A stretch of DNA of 64,000 nt from Thermodesulfobacteriota bacterium (lineage in GTDB: Bacteria; Desulfobacterota_D; UBA1144; Nemesobacterales; Mycalebacteriaceae). The translations under genes and the position numbers were made by a program. Below the pieces are notes generated by a model. It saw only the letters and a program-made list of their open reading frames with translations, was not told the origin of the DNA and did no database searches. Below, piece by piece: positions 1 to 12,100 of this stretch (position 1 is its first letter; each line of letters opens with the position of its first letter). The DNA is taken from the NCBI GenBank assembly GCA_965226585.1, contig OZ245366.1:1216001-1280000 (forward strand), in the 5' to 3' direction.

Positions 1-3000
1 TCACCGTTGCCGCCCTTACGGTTATGGCTCCAACCCCGTTGCTCCCGACTTTCGCCTTGTGGACTTTCACCGTTGCCGCTTCCGTTATGGTTTCCGTTGC
101 GGCTCCGTCCGTCCAAATCTCTCCCATTCCGTCAGATGAAAATATGTTTATAACTGCCGCCGTTCCCGCGTTCACCGCGTATGCTCCCGCGCCGTTTGCC
201 CAAACCCTCGCCCCGCCGGACACATTCACGGTTGCCGTATTTATGGTTGAGGCTCCGGTGCCATTGCTCCAAACCTGCGCCCCGTTCACCACCACAGTTG
301 CCGCTTCCGTTATCGTTGCCTTGCTGTCTCCGTGCGTCCAAATCTCTCCCATTCCGTCTGATGAAAGAATGGTTACAACTTCCGCCGTTCCCGCATCCAC
401 CGCGTATGCACCCGCGCCGCCGTTAGTCCAAACTTTCGCCCCGCCGGACACATTCACGGTTGCCGCCCTTATGGCTGAAATTCCAGTTCCGTTGCTCCAA
501 ACTTTCACCCCGCTGACGGTTGCCGTTCCCGTTGCCTTTATGGTTGTCGCATCGGCTCCGGTTCCGGTTGTCCAAACTTCTCCGTCTGCGTCAGACGAGG
601 TTATAAGCACATCTCCCGATTCTCCCGCAGAGATTGCCGATGAGTTATCGCCTTCCGCCCAAACCTTTCCGCCGCCGGAAACATTCACCGTGTCTGCAAC
701 TACCGCGTTGCTTGTCGCCCCGTTGCTCCACACATTCGCGCTGTTCCAGATATTAACGGTTGTCGCAGTGATGGTGTCAGTTGTGTCGCCTTCCGTCCAG
801 ACCTGAGTGTCCGCGCCGTTGACTGTTGCCGTTGTTGCCGAAACCGCCTGACTTCCCGCGCCGCTTGCCCACACTTTCAAGCCGTCATTGATATATGCCG
901 TTGTTCCTTTTACTGTTGAAACGCCGTCAACTGTTGTCCACATCTGTCCCGTTCCGTCTGCTGATACTATGTTGACCGTTCCCGAAACTCCCGCAGAAAC
1001 CGCAGAACTTGTCGCGCCTTCCGCCCAAACCCTTCCTTCGCCGGAAATATTCAAAGTTTCCGCAACTACCGTGTTGCTTGTGTCGCCACTGCTCCAAACC
1101 TGCGCGCTGTTCCAGATATTGACGGTTGTCGCAACTATGGTGTCGGCTGTGTCGCCTTCCGTCCAGACCAGAGTGTCCGCGCTGTTGACTGTTGCCGTTG
1201 TTGCCGAAACCGCCTGACTTCCCGCGCCGTTTGCCCACACTTTCAAGCCGTCATTGATATATGCCGTTGTTCCTTTTACTGTTGAAACGCCGTCAACTGT
1301 TGTCCACATCTGTCCCGTTCCGTCTGCTGATACTATGTTGACCGTTCCCGAAACTCCCGCAGAAACCGCAGAACTGCCCGTGCCTTCCGCCCAAACCTTT
1401 CCTTCGCCGGAAATATTCAAAGTTTCCGCAACTACCGTGTTGCTTGTGTCGCCACTGCTCCAAGCCTGCGCGCTATTCCAGATATTGACGGTTGTCGCAA
1501 CTATGGTGTCGGCTGTGTCGGCTTCCGTCCAGATTTGAGTGTCCGCGCCGTTGACTGTTGCCGTTGTTGCCGAAACCGCCTGACTTCCCATTCCATTTGC
1601 CCACACTTTCAAGCCGTCATTGATATATGCCGTTGTTCCTTTTACTGTTGAAACGCCGTCAACTGTTGTCCACATCTGTCCCGTTCCGTCTGCTGATACT
1701 ATGTTGACCGTTCCCGAAGTTCCCGCAGAAACCGCAGAACTGCCCGTGCCTTCCGCCCAAACCTTTCCTTCGCCGGAAATATTCAAAGTTTCCGTAACTA
1801 CCGCGTTGCTTGTCGCCCCGTTGCTCCACACATTCGTGCCATTAACTGTTACGGCGGTTATTGCCGTAACCGCATTGCTTGTGTCGCCGTTTGACCACAC
1901 TTGCGCGTCGTTCCAGATATTGACGGTTGTCGCAGAGATGGTGTCGGCTGTGCCGCCTTCGCTTGTCCAGACCTGAGTGCCCGCGCCGTTGACTGTTGCC
2001 GTTGTTGCCGCAACCGCCCGGCTTCCCGCGCCGTTTGCCCAAACTTTCAAGCCGTCATTGATATATGCCGTTGTTCCTTTTACTGTTGAAGAGCTGTTAC
2101 CTGTTGTCCACATCTGTCCCGTTGCGTCATCCGCCACTATGTTGACCGCTCCTGAAGTTCCCGCAGAAACCGCAGAACTTGTCGCGCCTTCCGCCCAAAC
2201 CTTTCCGCCGCCGGAAATATTCAAAGTTTCCGCAACTGCCGTGTTGCTTGTCGCCCCGTTGCTCCAAACATTCGTGCCATTGACCACAACAGTTCTTGCC
2301 GTAACTGCGTTGCTTGTTACGCCGTTTGACCATACTGTTGAGCCCGTTGTTATATCCACGTCTCCCGCCGTTCTGATTGTTGTCGCTTGCGTTCCGTCTG
2401 ACCAAACTTTCGCGCCGGTCTTGATATTCACATCTCCGCCGGCGGCAATCGCGTTTGATTGCGAGCCGCTCGCGCCCACTATCCCGCCGTTGACTAAAAC
2501 GGTTGTTGCTGAAACGGCGTTGCCTCCTGCGCTGTCAGTCAAAACTGAGGCTCCGTCATGAACTGACACGGTTATTGCCTTAACGGTTGACGCATTGGTT
2601 CCGCCGCCCGTCCAAATCTCTCCCATTCCGTCTGATGAAACGATGGTTACACTTGCCGAAGTTCCCCCCGTAACCGCAGACGAGTTCGCGCCGCCAGCCC
2701 AGATTCTTGCCCCGCCGGACACATTCACGGTTGCCGCCCTTACGGTTATGGCTCCAACCCCGTTGCTCCCGACTTGCGCCTTGTGGACTTTCACCGTTGC
2801 CGCTTCCGTTATCGTTTCCGTTGCGGCTCCGTCCGTCCAAATCTCTCCCATTCCGTCAGATGAAAATATGTTTATAACTGCCGCCGTTCCCGCGTTCACC
2901 GCGTATGCTCCCGCGCCGTTTGCCCACACTCTCGCCCCGCCGGACACATTCACGGTTGACGTATTTATGGTTGAGGCTCCGGTGCCATTGCTCCAAACCT

Positions 3001-5761
3001 GCGCCCCGTTCACCACCACAGTTGCCGCTTCCGTTATCGTTGCCTTGCTGTCTCCGTCCGTCCAAATCTCTCCGGTTCCGTCTGATGAAAGAATGGTTAC
3101 AACTTCCGCCGTTCCCGCATTCACCGCATATGCCCCCGCGCCGTTTGACCAAACTTTCGCCCCTTGTGACACATTCACGGTTGCCGCCCTTATGGCTGAG
3201 GCTCCAACCCCGTTGCTCCAAACCTGCGCCCCGTTCACCACCACCGTTGCCGCTTCCGTTATCGTTGCCTTGCTGTCTCCGTCCGTCCAAATCTCTCCAG
3301 TTCCGTCTGATGAAAGGATGGTTACAACTTCCGCCGTTCCCGCGTTCACCGCGTATGCCCCCGCGCCGCCGTTAGTCCAAACTTTCGCCCCGCCGGACAC
3401 ATTCACGGTTGCCGCCCTTATGGCTGAAATTCCAGTTCCGTTGCTCCAAACTTCCACCCCGCTGACAGTTACCGTTCCCGTTGCCTTTATGGTTGACGCA
3501 TCGGCTCCGGTTCCGGTTGTCCAAACCTCTCCGTCTCCGTCAGACGAGGTTATAAGCACATTTCCCGATTCTCCCGCAGAGATTGCCGATGAGTTATCGC
3601 CTTCCGCCCAAACCTTCCCGCCGCCGGAAACATTCACCGTGTCTGCAACTATGGTGTCGGTTGTGCCGCCTTCCGTCCAGACTTGAGTGCCCGCGCCGTT
3701 GACTGTTGCGGTTTCTGCCGCAACCGCCTGACTTCCCGCGCCGTTTGCCCAAACTTTTACGCCGTCATTGATATATGCCGTTGTCGCTTTTACTGTTGAA
3801 ACGCCGTCAACTGTTGTCCAAACCTCTCCCGTTGCGTCATCCGCCACTATGTTGACCGTTCCTGAACTTCCCGCAGAAACCGCAGAACTTGTCGCGCCGT
3901 TTGCCCAAACCTTTCCACCGCCGGAAACATTCAAAGTTTCCGTAACTACCGTGTTGCTTGTGTCGCCGCTACTCCAAACCTGCGCGTCATTAACTGTTAC
4001 GGTTGTTGCCGTAACCGCATTGCTTGTTACGCCGTTTGCCCAAACCTTCGCTTCGTTCCAGATATTGACGGTTGTCGCAACTATGGTGTCGGTTGTGCCG
4101 CCTTCGCTTGTCCAGACCTGAGTGTCCGTGCCGTTGACTGTTGCCGTTGTCGCCGAAACCGCCTGACTTCCCGCTCCGTTTGCCCATACTTTTACGCCGT
4201 CATTGATATACGCCGTTGTTCCTTTTACTGTTGAAACGCCGCCAACCGTTGTCCAAACCTGTCCCGTTGCGTCATCCGCCACTATGTTGACCGTTCCCGA
4301 AGTTCCCGCAGAAACCGCAGAACTTCCCGCGCCGTTTGCCCAAACCTTTCCACCGTTTGAAACATTCAAAGTTTCCGTAACTATAGAGTTGCTTGTGTCG
4401 CCTTCCGTCCACACTTCAGAGCCGTTGACCACAACAGTTGTTGCTGAAATGGCGTTGGCTGTCGCTCCGGTAGCCCGCACTTTTGAGGCGTTCCACACAT
4501 TCACCGCGCCAGTTGTTGAGATCGTGGTGGCTTCCGTTTTGTTCGTCCACACATCCGCGCCGCTGACATCAACATCACCGGTCGCCAAAATCGCGAAATC
4601 CGAATCATTGCCGCCAATATCTGCGTCCACAACATTCACCGTTGACGCATTAATTGCCGCAAATCCGCCTTCCGTCCAGACGGAAAGACCGTCCGCTTCT
4701 CCCGCCACTACTGACAGGGTTCCCGTGGTTGAAGCTTCAATGGCAATACTTCCGGCTTCATCCGCAAAGATAGCCGAACCGCCGTTTCCGCCTATGTTTA
4801 TGTCTCCGCCGCTTGTGGATGTTGCTATAATGCCGTTCCCGCCTTCAGTGGATCCGCCGCCTCTTCCATAGACAACTCCGTTTGCGAGAGCAAGGTCAAT
4901 ATTTCCGCTAACCGTGTTGGCTATGATGCCGTCTTTACCAACTATGCAGGAAAGGTCGTTCGCAACTGTTATGTCTATCTTTCCCGCGCCCCCGGTGGAT
5001 GCCGCCAAGCCGTAAGACTCTCCCACGGATGAGGCGAAAATTGCCGCGCTGTCTATAAGTTCAACTGTTATGTTTCCGCTTGTGGATGTGAGTGTCGCGC
5101 CTTTGGTGTCTCTAACTGTGTATTCCTTGCCTGAGCCACTTCTGGCTCCATACAGATGGATTGCCGAATATATCCCGTTAAATGAAAGTTCAATATCTCC
5201 GCCTACTGTGTTTGCTATAAGACCGTTTGTGCCTTGTTTGTCTGAAACGATTAGTCCCTGATTGGAGAAGTCCGCGACCACTTTTCCGCCTTCGCTTGAC
5301 GCGACAATTCCGGTTCCGCCATCTCCCTCAATTTTAATTTTTGAGTGGTTGTGAATGTCTATATTCACATCGCCCGTTCCGGCTGTGATGGTAGCAACGT
5401 TTCCGCCGGTTCCGCTTTTGGCGGTGTACGACTCATCATCGGTTCGGAAGGCAGCGGCAGTCGCGCCGCCGATAACTACTGTGTCTCCGCCGTCTGTTTG
5501 GATTGTTGCAACATTTGCATCGTAAGAAGTAAAGGCGGCAGACCCTGTGGCGGAGTTGACTGTAACAACGGGGTTGTTCGTAACAGAGTCAGGCACCCCG
5601 CCTGAGATGTTAAGCGCGGCGTCTCCTGTTGTGGAGGTACAGTCAAACGCGGTTCCGGCGGTTGGGGTTACATCGCCGCAATCTGTTTGTGCATGGGAGT
5701 TTTGCGGCGCAAAAGCAAACAAAATTGCGAACAGAAAGATGATGGTTAATTTTCTGTGCAT
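1..5761 (-). CDS. Giant autotransporter-like adhesin, 5' part (>1920 aa, runs off left edge; absent from ORF track)
   Basis: Manual minus-strand reading from ATG at 5761 gives MHRKLTIIFLFAILFAFAPQNSHAQTDCGDVTPTAGTAFDCTSTTG (signal peptide plus Cys pair). This is followed by a domain homologous to the N-terminus of 38301..42077 (ADFSNQG, KGATLTSTSG) and many VW(A/T)xG repeats. The frame is still consistent at positions 2-10 (..ATV). Confidence 0.88.
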   Translation of the reverse strand, partial: MHRKLTIIFLFAILFAFAPQNSHAQTDCGDVTPTAGTAFDCTSTTGDAALNISGGVPDSVTNNPVVTVNSATGSAAFTSYDANVATIQTDGGDTVVIGGATAAAFRTDDESYTAKSGTGGNVATITAGTGDVNIDIHNHSKIKIEGDGGTGIVASSEGGKVVADFSNQGLIVSDKQGTNGLIANTVGGDIELSFNGIYSAIHLYGARSGSGKEYTVRDTKGATLTSTSGNITVELIDSAAIFASSVGESYGLAASTGGAGKIDITVANDLSCIVGKDGIIANTVSGNIDLALANGVVYGRGGGSTEGGNGIIATSTSGGDINIGGNGGSAIFADEAGSIAIEASTTGTLSVVAGEADGLSVWTEGGFAAINASTVNVVDADIGGNDSDFAILATGDVDVSGADVWTNKTEATTISTTGAVNVWNASKVRATGATANAISATTVVVNGSEVWTEGDTSNSIVTETLNVSNGGKVWANGAGSSAVSAGTSGTVNIVADDATGQVWTTVGGVSTVKGTTAYINDGVKVWANGAGSQAVSATTATVNGTDTQVWTSEGGTTDTIVATTVNIWNEAKVWANGVTSNAVTATTVTVNDAQVWSSGDTSNTVVTETLNVSGGGKVWANGATSSAVSAGSSGTVNIVADDATGEVWTTVDGVSTVKATTAYINDGVKVWANGAGSQAVAAETATVNGAGTQVWTEGGTTDTIVADTVNVSGGGKVWAEGDNSSAISAGESGNVLITSSDGDGEVWTTGTGADASTIKATGTVTVSGVEVWSNGTGISAIRAATVNVSGGAKVWTNGGAGAYAVNAGTAEVVTILSSDGTGEIWTDGDSKATITEAATVVVNGAQVWSNGVGASAIRAATVNVSQGAKVWSNGAGAYAVNAGTAEVVTILSSDGTGEIWTDGDSKATITEAATVVVNGAQVWSNGTGASTINTSTVNVSGGARVWANGAGAYAVNAGTAAVINIFSSDGMGEIWTDGAATETITEAATVKVHKAQVGSNGVGAITVRAATVNVSGGARIWAGGANSSAVTGGTSASVTIVSSDGMGEIWTGGGTNASTVKAITVSVHDGASVLTDSAGGNAVSATTVLVNGGIVGASGSQSNAIAAGGDVNIKTGAKVWSDGTQATTIRTAGDVDITTGSTVWSNGVTSNAVTARTVVVNGTNVWSNGATSNTAVAETLNISGGGKVWAEGATSSAVSAGTSGAVNIVADDATGQMWTTGNSSSTVKGTTAYINDGLKVWANGAGSRAVAATTATVNGAGTQVWTSEGGTADTISATTVNIWNDAQVWSNGDTSNAVTAITAVTVNGTNVWSNGATSNAVVTETLNISGEGKVWAEGTGSSAVSAGTSGTVNIVSADGTGQMWTTVDGVSTVKGTTAYINDGLKVWANGMGSQAVSATTATVNGADTQIWTEADTADTIVATTVNIWNSAQAWSSGDTSNTVVAETLNISGEGKVWAEGTGSSAVSAGVSGTVNIVSADGTGQMWTTVDGVSTVKGTTAYINDGLKVWANGAGSQAVSATTATVNSADTLVWTEGDTADTIVATTVNIWNSAQVWSSGDTSNTVVAETLNISGEGRVWAEGATSSAVSAGVSGTVNIVSADGTGQMWTTVDGVSTVKGTTAYINDGLKVWASGAGSQAVSATTATVNGADTQVWTEGDTTDTITATTVNIWNSANVWSNGATSNAVVADTVNVSGGGKVWAEGDNSSAISAGESGDVLITSSDADGEVWTTGTGADATTIKATGTATVSGVKVWSNGTGISAIRAATVNVSGGAKVWTNGGAGAYAVDAGTAEVVTILSSDGMGEIWTHGDSKATITEAATVVVNGAQVWSNGTGASTINTATVNVSGGARVWANGAGAYAVNAGTAAVINIFSSDGMGEIWTDGAATETITEAATVKVHKAKVGSNGVGAITVRAATV

Positions 5762-5821
5762 TAAGGGTTCCCTAGAGGCGTTTAGGCATTCATACATCTA
5801 CCGTGAGGGGTTAATCTTGGA

Positions 5822-5849
5822 ATTGTATTGTCTTGGGGTTTTTTGTCAA
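5822..5849 (-). promoter_or_regulatory. Putative sigma70 promoter for the 5761 gene
   Basis: Minus strand TTGACA (5849-5844), 16 nt spacer, TACAAT (5827-5822). Confidence 0.55.
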
Positions 5850-5881
5850 ATGGGGGGGTAGAAAGGGGTTTTTTGCCTTCT

Positions 5882-6125
5882 ATTCCGTCATTCCGTGCCT
5901 GACACTTCCCTCCCCCACCCCGTCATTCCGTGCTTGACACTTCCCCCCCCGTCATTCCTGCGAAAGCAGGAATCCAGTATTAGTTAACCAGTTGAATACT
6001 GGATTCCGTGTCAAGCACGGAATGACGGAAAAAAGACAATCAACGGAATGACGGAAGGGGGGCAGGCAAGGCACAATGACGGAAGGGGGGCAGGCAAAGC
6101 AATGACGGAGGGGGCGGGAATGGCG
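5882..6125. repeat. CGTC-tagged palindromic (REP-like) element cluster: one full 78-bp element (5950-6027), partial copies and satellite units
   Basis: cgtcattcctgcgaaagcaggaatccagtatt...aatactggattccgtgtcaagcacggaatgacg, the same element as elsewhere in the window. Confidence 0.9.
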
Positions 6126-6150
6126 GGTTGCCTTTCCCGCCGTTACCCAA

Positions 6151-9100
6151 TCAAAACGCTATGTTAACGCTTCCCTTAACCTCATTCACAAGAGTGTCGC
6201 CCCAGAAGCCGCCGAAACCGCCGCCGTAATCCAGTTTGAACTCAAACCTGCGGCTCTCTCCGGCTATCCAGCTTACCCCTGCGCCGTAATCAAAGATTAT
6301 CGGGTCTATCGTTCCCTCTATGTCAAACTCCTCGTCTCTCAGGTCAGGGTCTGTTCCCGTCCACTCATTCTTGCCCCAGTCGCCGAGAAGGTCGGCTCCG
6401 GCGCGGAGATATCCGCTTATGTCGTTCACTCCACGTTTGTCCGGCGCGGGGTAGTGCAACTCAACCGAAGGATTGACATACGCCGTCAACTGACGCATTT
6501 CCCTTACCGTCATTCTTCCAAAAGAATCCACAGGTCCAATTTCGCTGAACTCGTTGATTGTGAAATATGCCGCGCCCAACTCAAGACGGGGAACAACCAC
6601 CGCGTCTAAAAAGTATATCGGCGCCTGAACAGCCGCTGAACCGGATGCCGTTCTTAAATCCGGCTTGGCTCTGTACACTTCCTCAAAATCGTTGTGACGG
6701 GTTGACTCCCACTCGGTGTGACCCACCTGCGCGCGCACATCAACATCAAGCAACCACCACACATTGCGGGTCGCGCTTATTCCCGCCATAAATCTGTCGC
6801 CCTCGCCTGAAGCCGCGAGACGCATTGACTGGTCGTAGTTGTCTCTCATACTGTCCGATGATGAAGACTCATATCCGGCGGCAACCGTTATCCGCACAAG
6901 GTCAAACGGCATCTGAACGCCCGCCGTGAACATTGATGAACTGTCATCGTATTTGTAGTTTGCCTCAAACGGATTAAAAGTGTCGTCTCCGTCATAATCG
7001 TAGTTTGTGTTCTGGCTTGTGAAACGCTGTCCGTAACTCGCCCAGACGCATCCGTCTCCGCCTTCCAGTTCGTATGACGCTCCCGTTCCGCACGCGCCCG
7101 TCAACTGTTTTCCAAATCCGCGTATTGAGTACCAGCCCGTCTGCACAAGCGGCTCATACGTCAGCAGGTCATTTCCGGTGAGCAGAGCGGTTAACAGAAT
7201 AATGTTCTTGGATGTTCTGTCTTGCACCGCGATTCCCTTGTCCAGAGCGAATGTCAACTTGTCCAGAACCGCTTGCAATACCGTTTTGTCCTCCGGCACG
7301 GATTCTGCGGTTATGAAGTGATAAAGCGGCAGAGCGTCATCTCCCGTTATTATTCCCGTATCTTCGTCTCCCTCACCGTCACCGTCCTCATCCTTGCCGA
7401 ATATTGACAGGTCATCTGCGGTTACCTTGTTGCAGTTCAGGTCATCAGCATCGCAGAAACTGAGAAGCGCTTTGTCCGGGTCTTCAGCGTCTTCCTGAGT
7501 TATTGCTTCCAGATTTATTGCTCCTTCCACAGAAAAACTGCCGAGTCCGGTGATAAGTCCGCCCTCAAAGATAAGGTCTTCCGCAACTATGAAGGTATCA
7601 ACTCCCGCGCCCAGTTCGTAGGTTTTGCCTTCTTCCACGGAGAAGTTTCCGGATTGGTATTGAAACTCGTCATTTCCCGCGCCCATATCAAAATCTCCGG
7701 TGAAGGTTCCGGTGTTTATAAAAATCTCCCGTCCCATGCCGCTTGTGAAGTCACCGATAACATTCCCCGTAGCCGCGATTGTGAACTCTGCTTCGCCCCC
7801 GCCATTTATGAAAACATCGCCGCTGAGATTTCCCGCAACCGATATAGGTGAAAAAGTTCCGCTTCCACTGCCCTTGTCAACACGCAAACTCGCAGTGCCT
7901 CCGCTTATGTTGGTGTATTCGTTCAGGGTAACGCTTGCGCCGCCGCCGTCCGCGAAGATGGATATCGCGTCTGCGGTCGTGTGGATTTCCGCCGTGTCAG
8001 AAGAGGTTCCTTCCACGGTAACCGTAACACTTCCGCCGCCTTCCGCTCTCGCGCTAATGGCGGTTGCCGTTGAAACCGCGCCTGCGGCGGTGTCGCTCCG
8101 CTCAACTCCGTTGATGTCTGAACCTCCGTCAACGACAACCTCAACACTTCCGCCGCCGGTTGTTACAACCGCGCTAACGGTGTTTCCTTCGCCCGAAGAC
8201 AGACTGTATCCGTTTATTCTCATTCCGCCGTCCACGCTGAATTCTATGTCTCCGTTCGTGGATTCAAGGTCTATGGGGAGGGATGACTCACTGTATCCGC
8301 TCCACACATGGGTTGAATCTCCCGCCAGTGTGGCTTCTATGTCTCCATCGACTGTGGTTATTTTCAATTGGTTGCCCAGCGCCGCCTCAAGTTGCGCGTC
8401 TGTAACGTTGAAGACCACATCTCCCGCCGCTGTTGTAAAGGTGAACAATGCTCCGGCGGCGGTGTCTCCCTGAAGCACATCCGAGGCGAGGTTGACGCCT
8501 ATGCCGCCGTTCGGGCCCGAAGAGATGGCGGTGATGAAGTCGTTCAAGCCCATTTGCAAAGGATTTATCCCGCCCGTTAGGTCCATGCTTACGGTTCCGT
8601 CAAACGTGGTTGCGAGAATTCCGGAGCCGTTGAATGTTCCGCCTTCAACAACATTGAAGGATATGTCTCCGGTAAAACTTTGCATATATCCCCCGCTTGC
8701 CGCGCCTCCGAGGTCAGTCATGTGGAGAACCGCGTCTGCTCCGTTCACCTGAACATGAATATCTCCGGATCCACCCGTGGGCGCTCCTCCTCCCTGCGGG
8801 AAATTTAGAGGACTTGCCAGAAAGAAAGGTCTTGAGCGTCTCGCGTCCACATACGAGTTGATGTTAAGTCTCACATCTCCCGCGCCTGTTTCCGCACGCA
8901 CAAAAGTAGCCGTTGGATCAATCGTGCCGGTTGCTTCTCTTGTTGAGTCGAAAGTTATGGTTATGTTTCCATCTCCGTCAGTTCCTGACGTGGTTGTCGC
9001 ATTAATACCACTCCACGCCGCAGTGTCTTGTGCTCTGCCGAGTTGCGCGCCTCCGCTCACAGTTATGGTTATGTCTCCGCTTGCGGATTCCGCTTTCAAG

Positions 9101-12100
9101 GCGGTCGCGCCCGCGCCGCGAGCGGTCAAAGTTCCGCCGCTTATGGATGCCGTTATGTCTCCCGCGCCTGATTTAAGGTGAACACCGTTCTGACTCGCGC
9201 CTTCCGCGACAATCTCCCCGTGTTGCAACATATCCAAACCGACATCTCCCGCGGCTACCGCTTCCGCGAAGAACGTGGTTGACCCCGTGCCAAATCTACC
9301 TACGGCTATTAATCCGTTCACAACCGCGCTAATATCTCCGCCGCCCGCAGTTACAAGCCTGACGGCTTGCGAACCGGCGCCGGCTCCCGGGGCGCGAATT
9401 ACAGACCTCTCGCCCAACAGGAAAGACAGGTCTCCGCCGCCTCTCGCAATCGCGTCCACGGCGCGCCGCGCGGCTGTTGTGCCGACTGTCTGTACCTGCA
9501 CGCGGTTGGCAATTCTAACTTCCACTCCGCCGCTGTTTGATGACAGTTCAATGGCTGTGCCGCTTGTCGAAGTAATCTCTGATAATCCTGCGGTTGTGAA
9601 TGTGCCGTCTGCGTAGAAGGTTACGGCGTCTGCGGCATCCACATCAACTACCTTACCCCCCGCGCCGCTTGCCGTTATTAAAAACGTTCCGCTGCCGGTG
9701 GAGTTGCTTATGTTGACAGTCGCGCCGCCGCCACTGCGTATGCTTACTATGTTTGTGTTGTCTGATAATGCGCGGAGAATCATCTGACCGTCTAATTTGA
9801 AGTTCACCTCTCCGCTTGTGGTTGCGATGTCAAACAGATTTTCTCCCGCCGCCGCGCCTGTAAGAGTCAGAGCGTTCGTGGTTAAACCGGCGTCAAAAAC
9901 CACATTCACGTTTCCACTGCCGGATGATGCCTTAACAAAAGAATCTGAAGTTGTCCCTGCGCCCGAATCCAGAAGGTTTATGTCTATGGTTCCCGCTCCG
10001 GTTGCTGTCGCGGCAATTCCGGAACCGCTGAATCCGTCAAGGTCTATGTCTGTGGCTCCCGTCCCGCTCGTTGTCGTGGTAATTCCGGAACCGCTGAAGT
10101 CGTCAAGTTTCATGTCTATGGTTCCCGCTCCGCCCGTTGTCGCGGTAACTCCCGAACCGCTGAATTCGCCGCCTTCAACAACGTTGAAAGTAATGCTTCC
10201 GCTTGTGCTGGTCATGATGCCTGTGCTGTCGCCGGTTGAACTGACGCTCGCGTCCGTTCCGTTCACCTGAACATTGATGTCTCCGGTTACGGTTGTCAGG
10301 TTGAAAGCTCTCGCGCCTCTCGCGCTCACCGCTTTGAAGATGTCCATTACTACATCTCCCGCGCTTGTTGACGCTTTCACAATGTCGCTGGCTCCTGATG
10401 CTGAACTCGTTCCGGTTACCGCTCTTGTTGAGTCAAAAGTTATGGTTACGTCTCCCTCTCCGTCAGTTGCTGATGTGGTTGTTACGTCAATACCGTTCCA
10501 CGCCGCAGTATCTTGCGACCTGCCGAATTGCGCGCCTCCGCTCACAGTTACGGTTATGTCTCCGCTTGCAGATTCCGCTTTCAAAGCGGTCGCGCCCGCG
10601 CCGTCCGCGCTCAAAGTTCCGCCGCCTATGGATGCCGTGATGTCTCCCGCGCCTGATCTAAGGTGAACGCCGTTCTGGTTCGCGCCGCCCGCGACAATAT
10701 CCCCGTGCTGTTGCATACTAAAAATAATATCTCCGTCGTCTGAGTCTGAACCTCTCGCTCCCACTCCCGCTTTCGCGCTAACCCCGGTTGTCCCTGAGCC
10801 GGTGCCGGTGCCTATTCTTCCGTTCACAGTAGCGGTAACATCTCCGCCGCCCCTTGTTTCAAGTTGGACTGCCACCGAATCGGCGCCTGACGTGAGAACT
10901 TCAGACCCTCTGTCCAACAGGAAAGATATGGTTCCCGTGCTCGTGCCTCTGTCCACATAGGCATCCACAGCAATCCGACCGGACTCAGTATTGGTTGTCT
11001 GTATCTGCACGCGGTTGGTAATTTGAATATCTATGGGTCCGCCATTTGAGTCCAGGCTAACGGCTACCGTGTCCGAGCCGCCCGATGCCGTAATTGTTGA
11101 GAATCCTCCGGTTGAGGCTGTGCCGCTTGCGTAGAATTCTATGTTGCTATCGGCTTTCACATCAATCGCGCTGCCACCGTGACTGCTCGACACCAAACTA
11201 AAAGCTCCGCTTCCGCCGCTGTTGGTTATGTTGACTGTCGCTCCTCCGCCGGCTCCTATTTTGACTACATTCGTGCTTCTGGCGAATCCGCCTAAGGTTC
11301 CACCGGTGGAGGAAAGAAAAGTCGCGCCTTTCACGGTGAATTTCACATCTCCGCTTGAACTTGTCAGATTGAACAAGCCGTCTCCGTCATTTGTGCTTGA
11401 AAGAGCCATAGTGCCGCCGTCAACCGTTACATCTATTTCTCCACTGCCGGAGACTGCCGTAACCGCAGACGTTTCAATTCCGGTGCTTCTTACATTTATG
11501 AGGTCTGCCGTGATTTTTCCGCTTGCGGATGAGAGGTCGGCAAGTATGGAGTTTGCTCCGGTTACCCCGACAGTTCCGGTTACATTCACATTTATAACCC
11601 CCGCGCCGGTCGCGGTTGCGGAAATCAATTTGCTGTTCGCGCCTGAAAGGACACTGCTTCCCGTTGAATCAAACTTAATGTTCACCGTGCCGCCGTCCGC
11701 CCGCGCTTTTACTCCACTGACATTTGTTGCTGAACTTCTGAGAACCGCGCTGTCTGTAATGTTGACGTTCACCTCTCCGCCGGTTGTGTTCGCGTTGATG
11801 AAGGTGGTAACTCCTCTGATTGTCGCCTCAACTCTCTCCATCACCGAATCGTCTGCAACAATTATGTTCGCGACACCCCCCGTTCCCACGCTCGCGACTA
11901 TTCCATTTGTGCCGCCTCCGCCGTCAGATCCCGATGAGGCGTTAAACCTTACAAGCGTAGAGACACCGCCCACTCCCTCTCTAAGATTTACGTCTATACT
12001 GCCTGTCGCGCTGTCCGCGACTATTCCGTTGCCTTCGTTCGCAATGGCTACGAAGCCGTGAATGTTGGCATATATTTCGCCTGACACGGAGGACAGTTTG

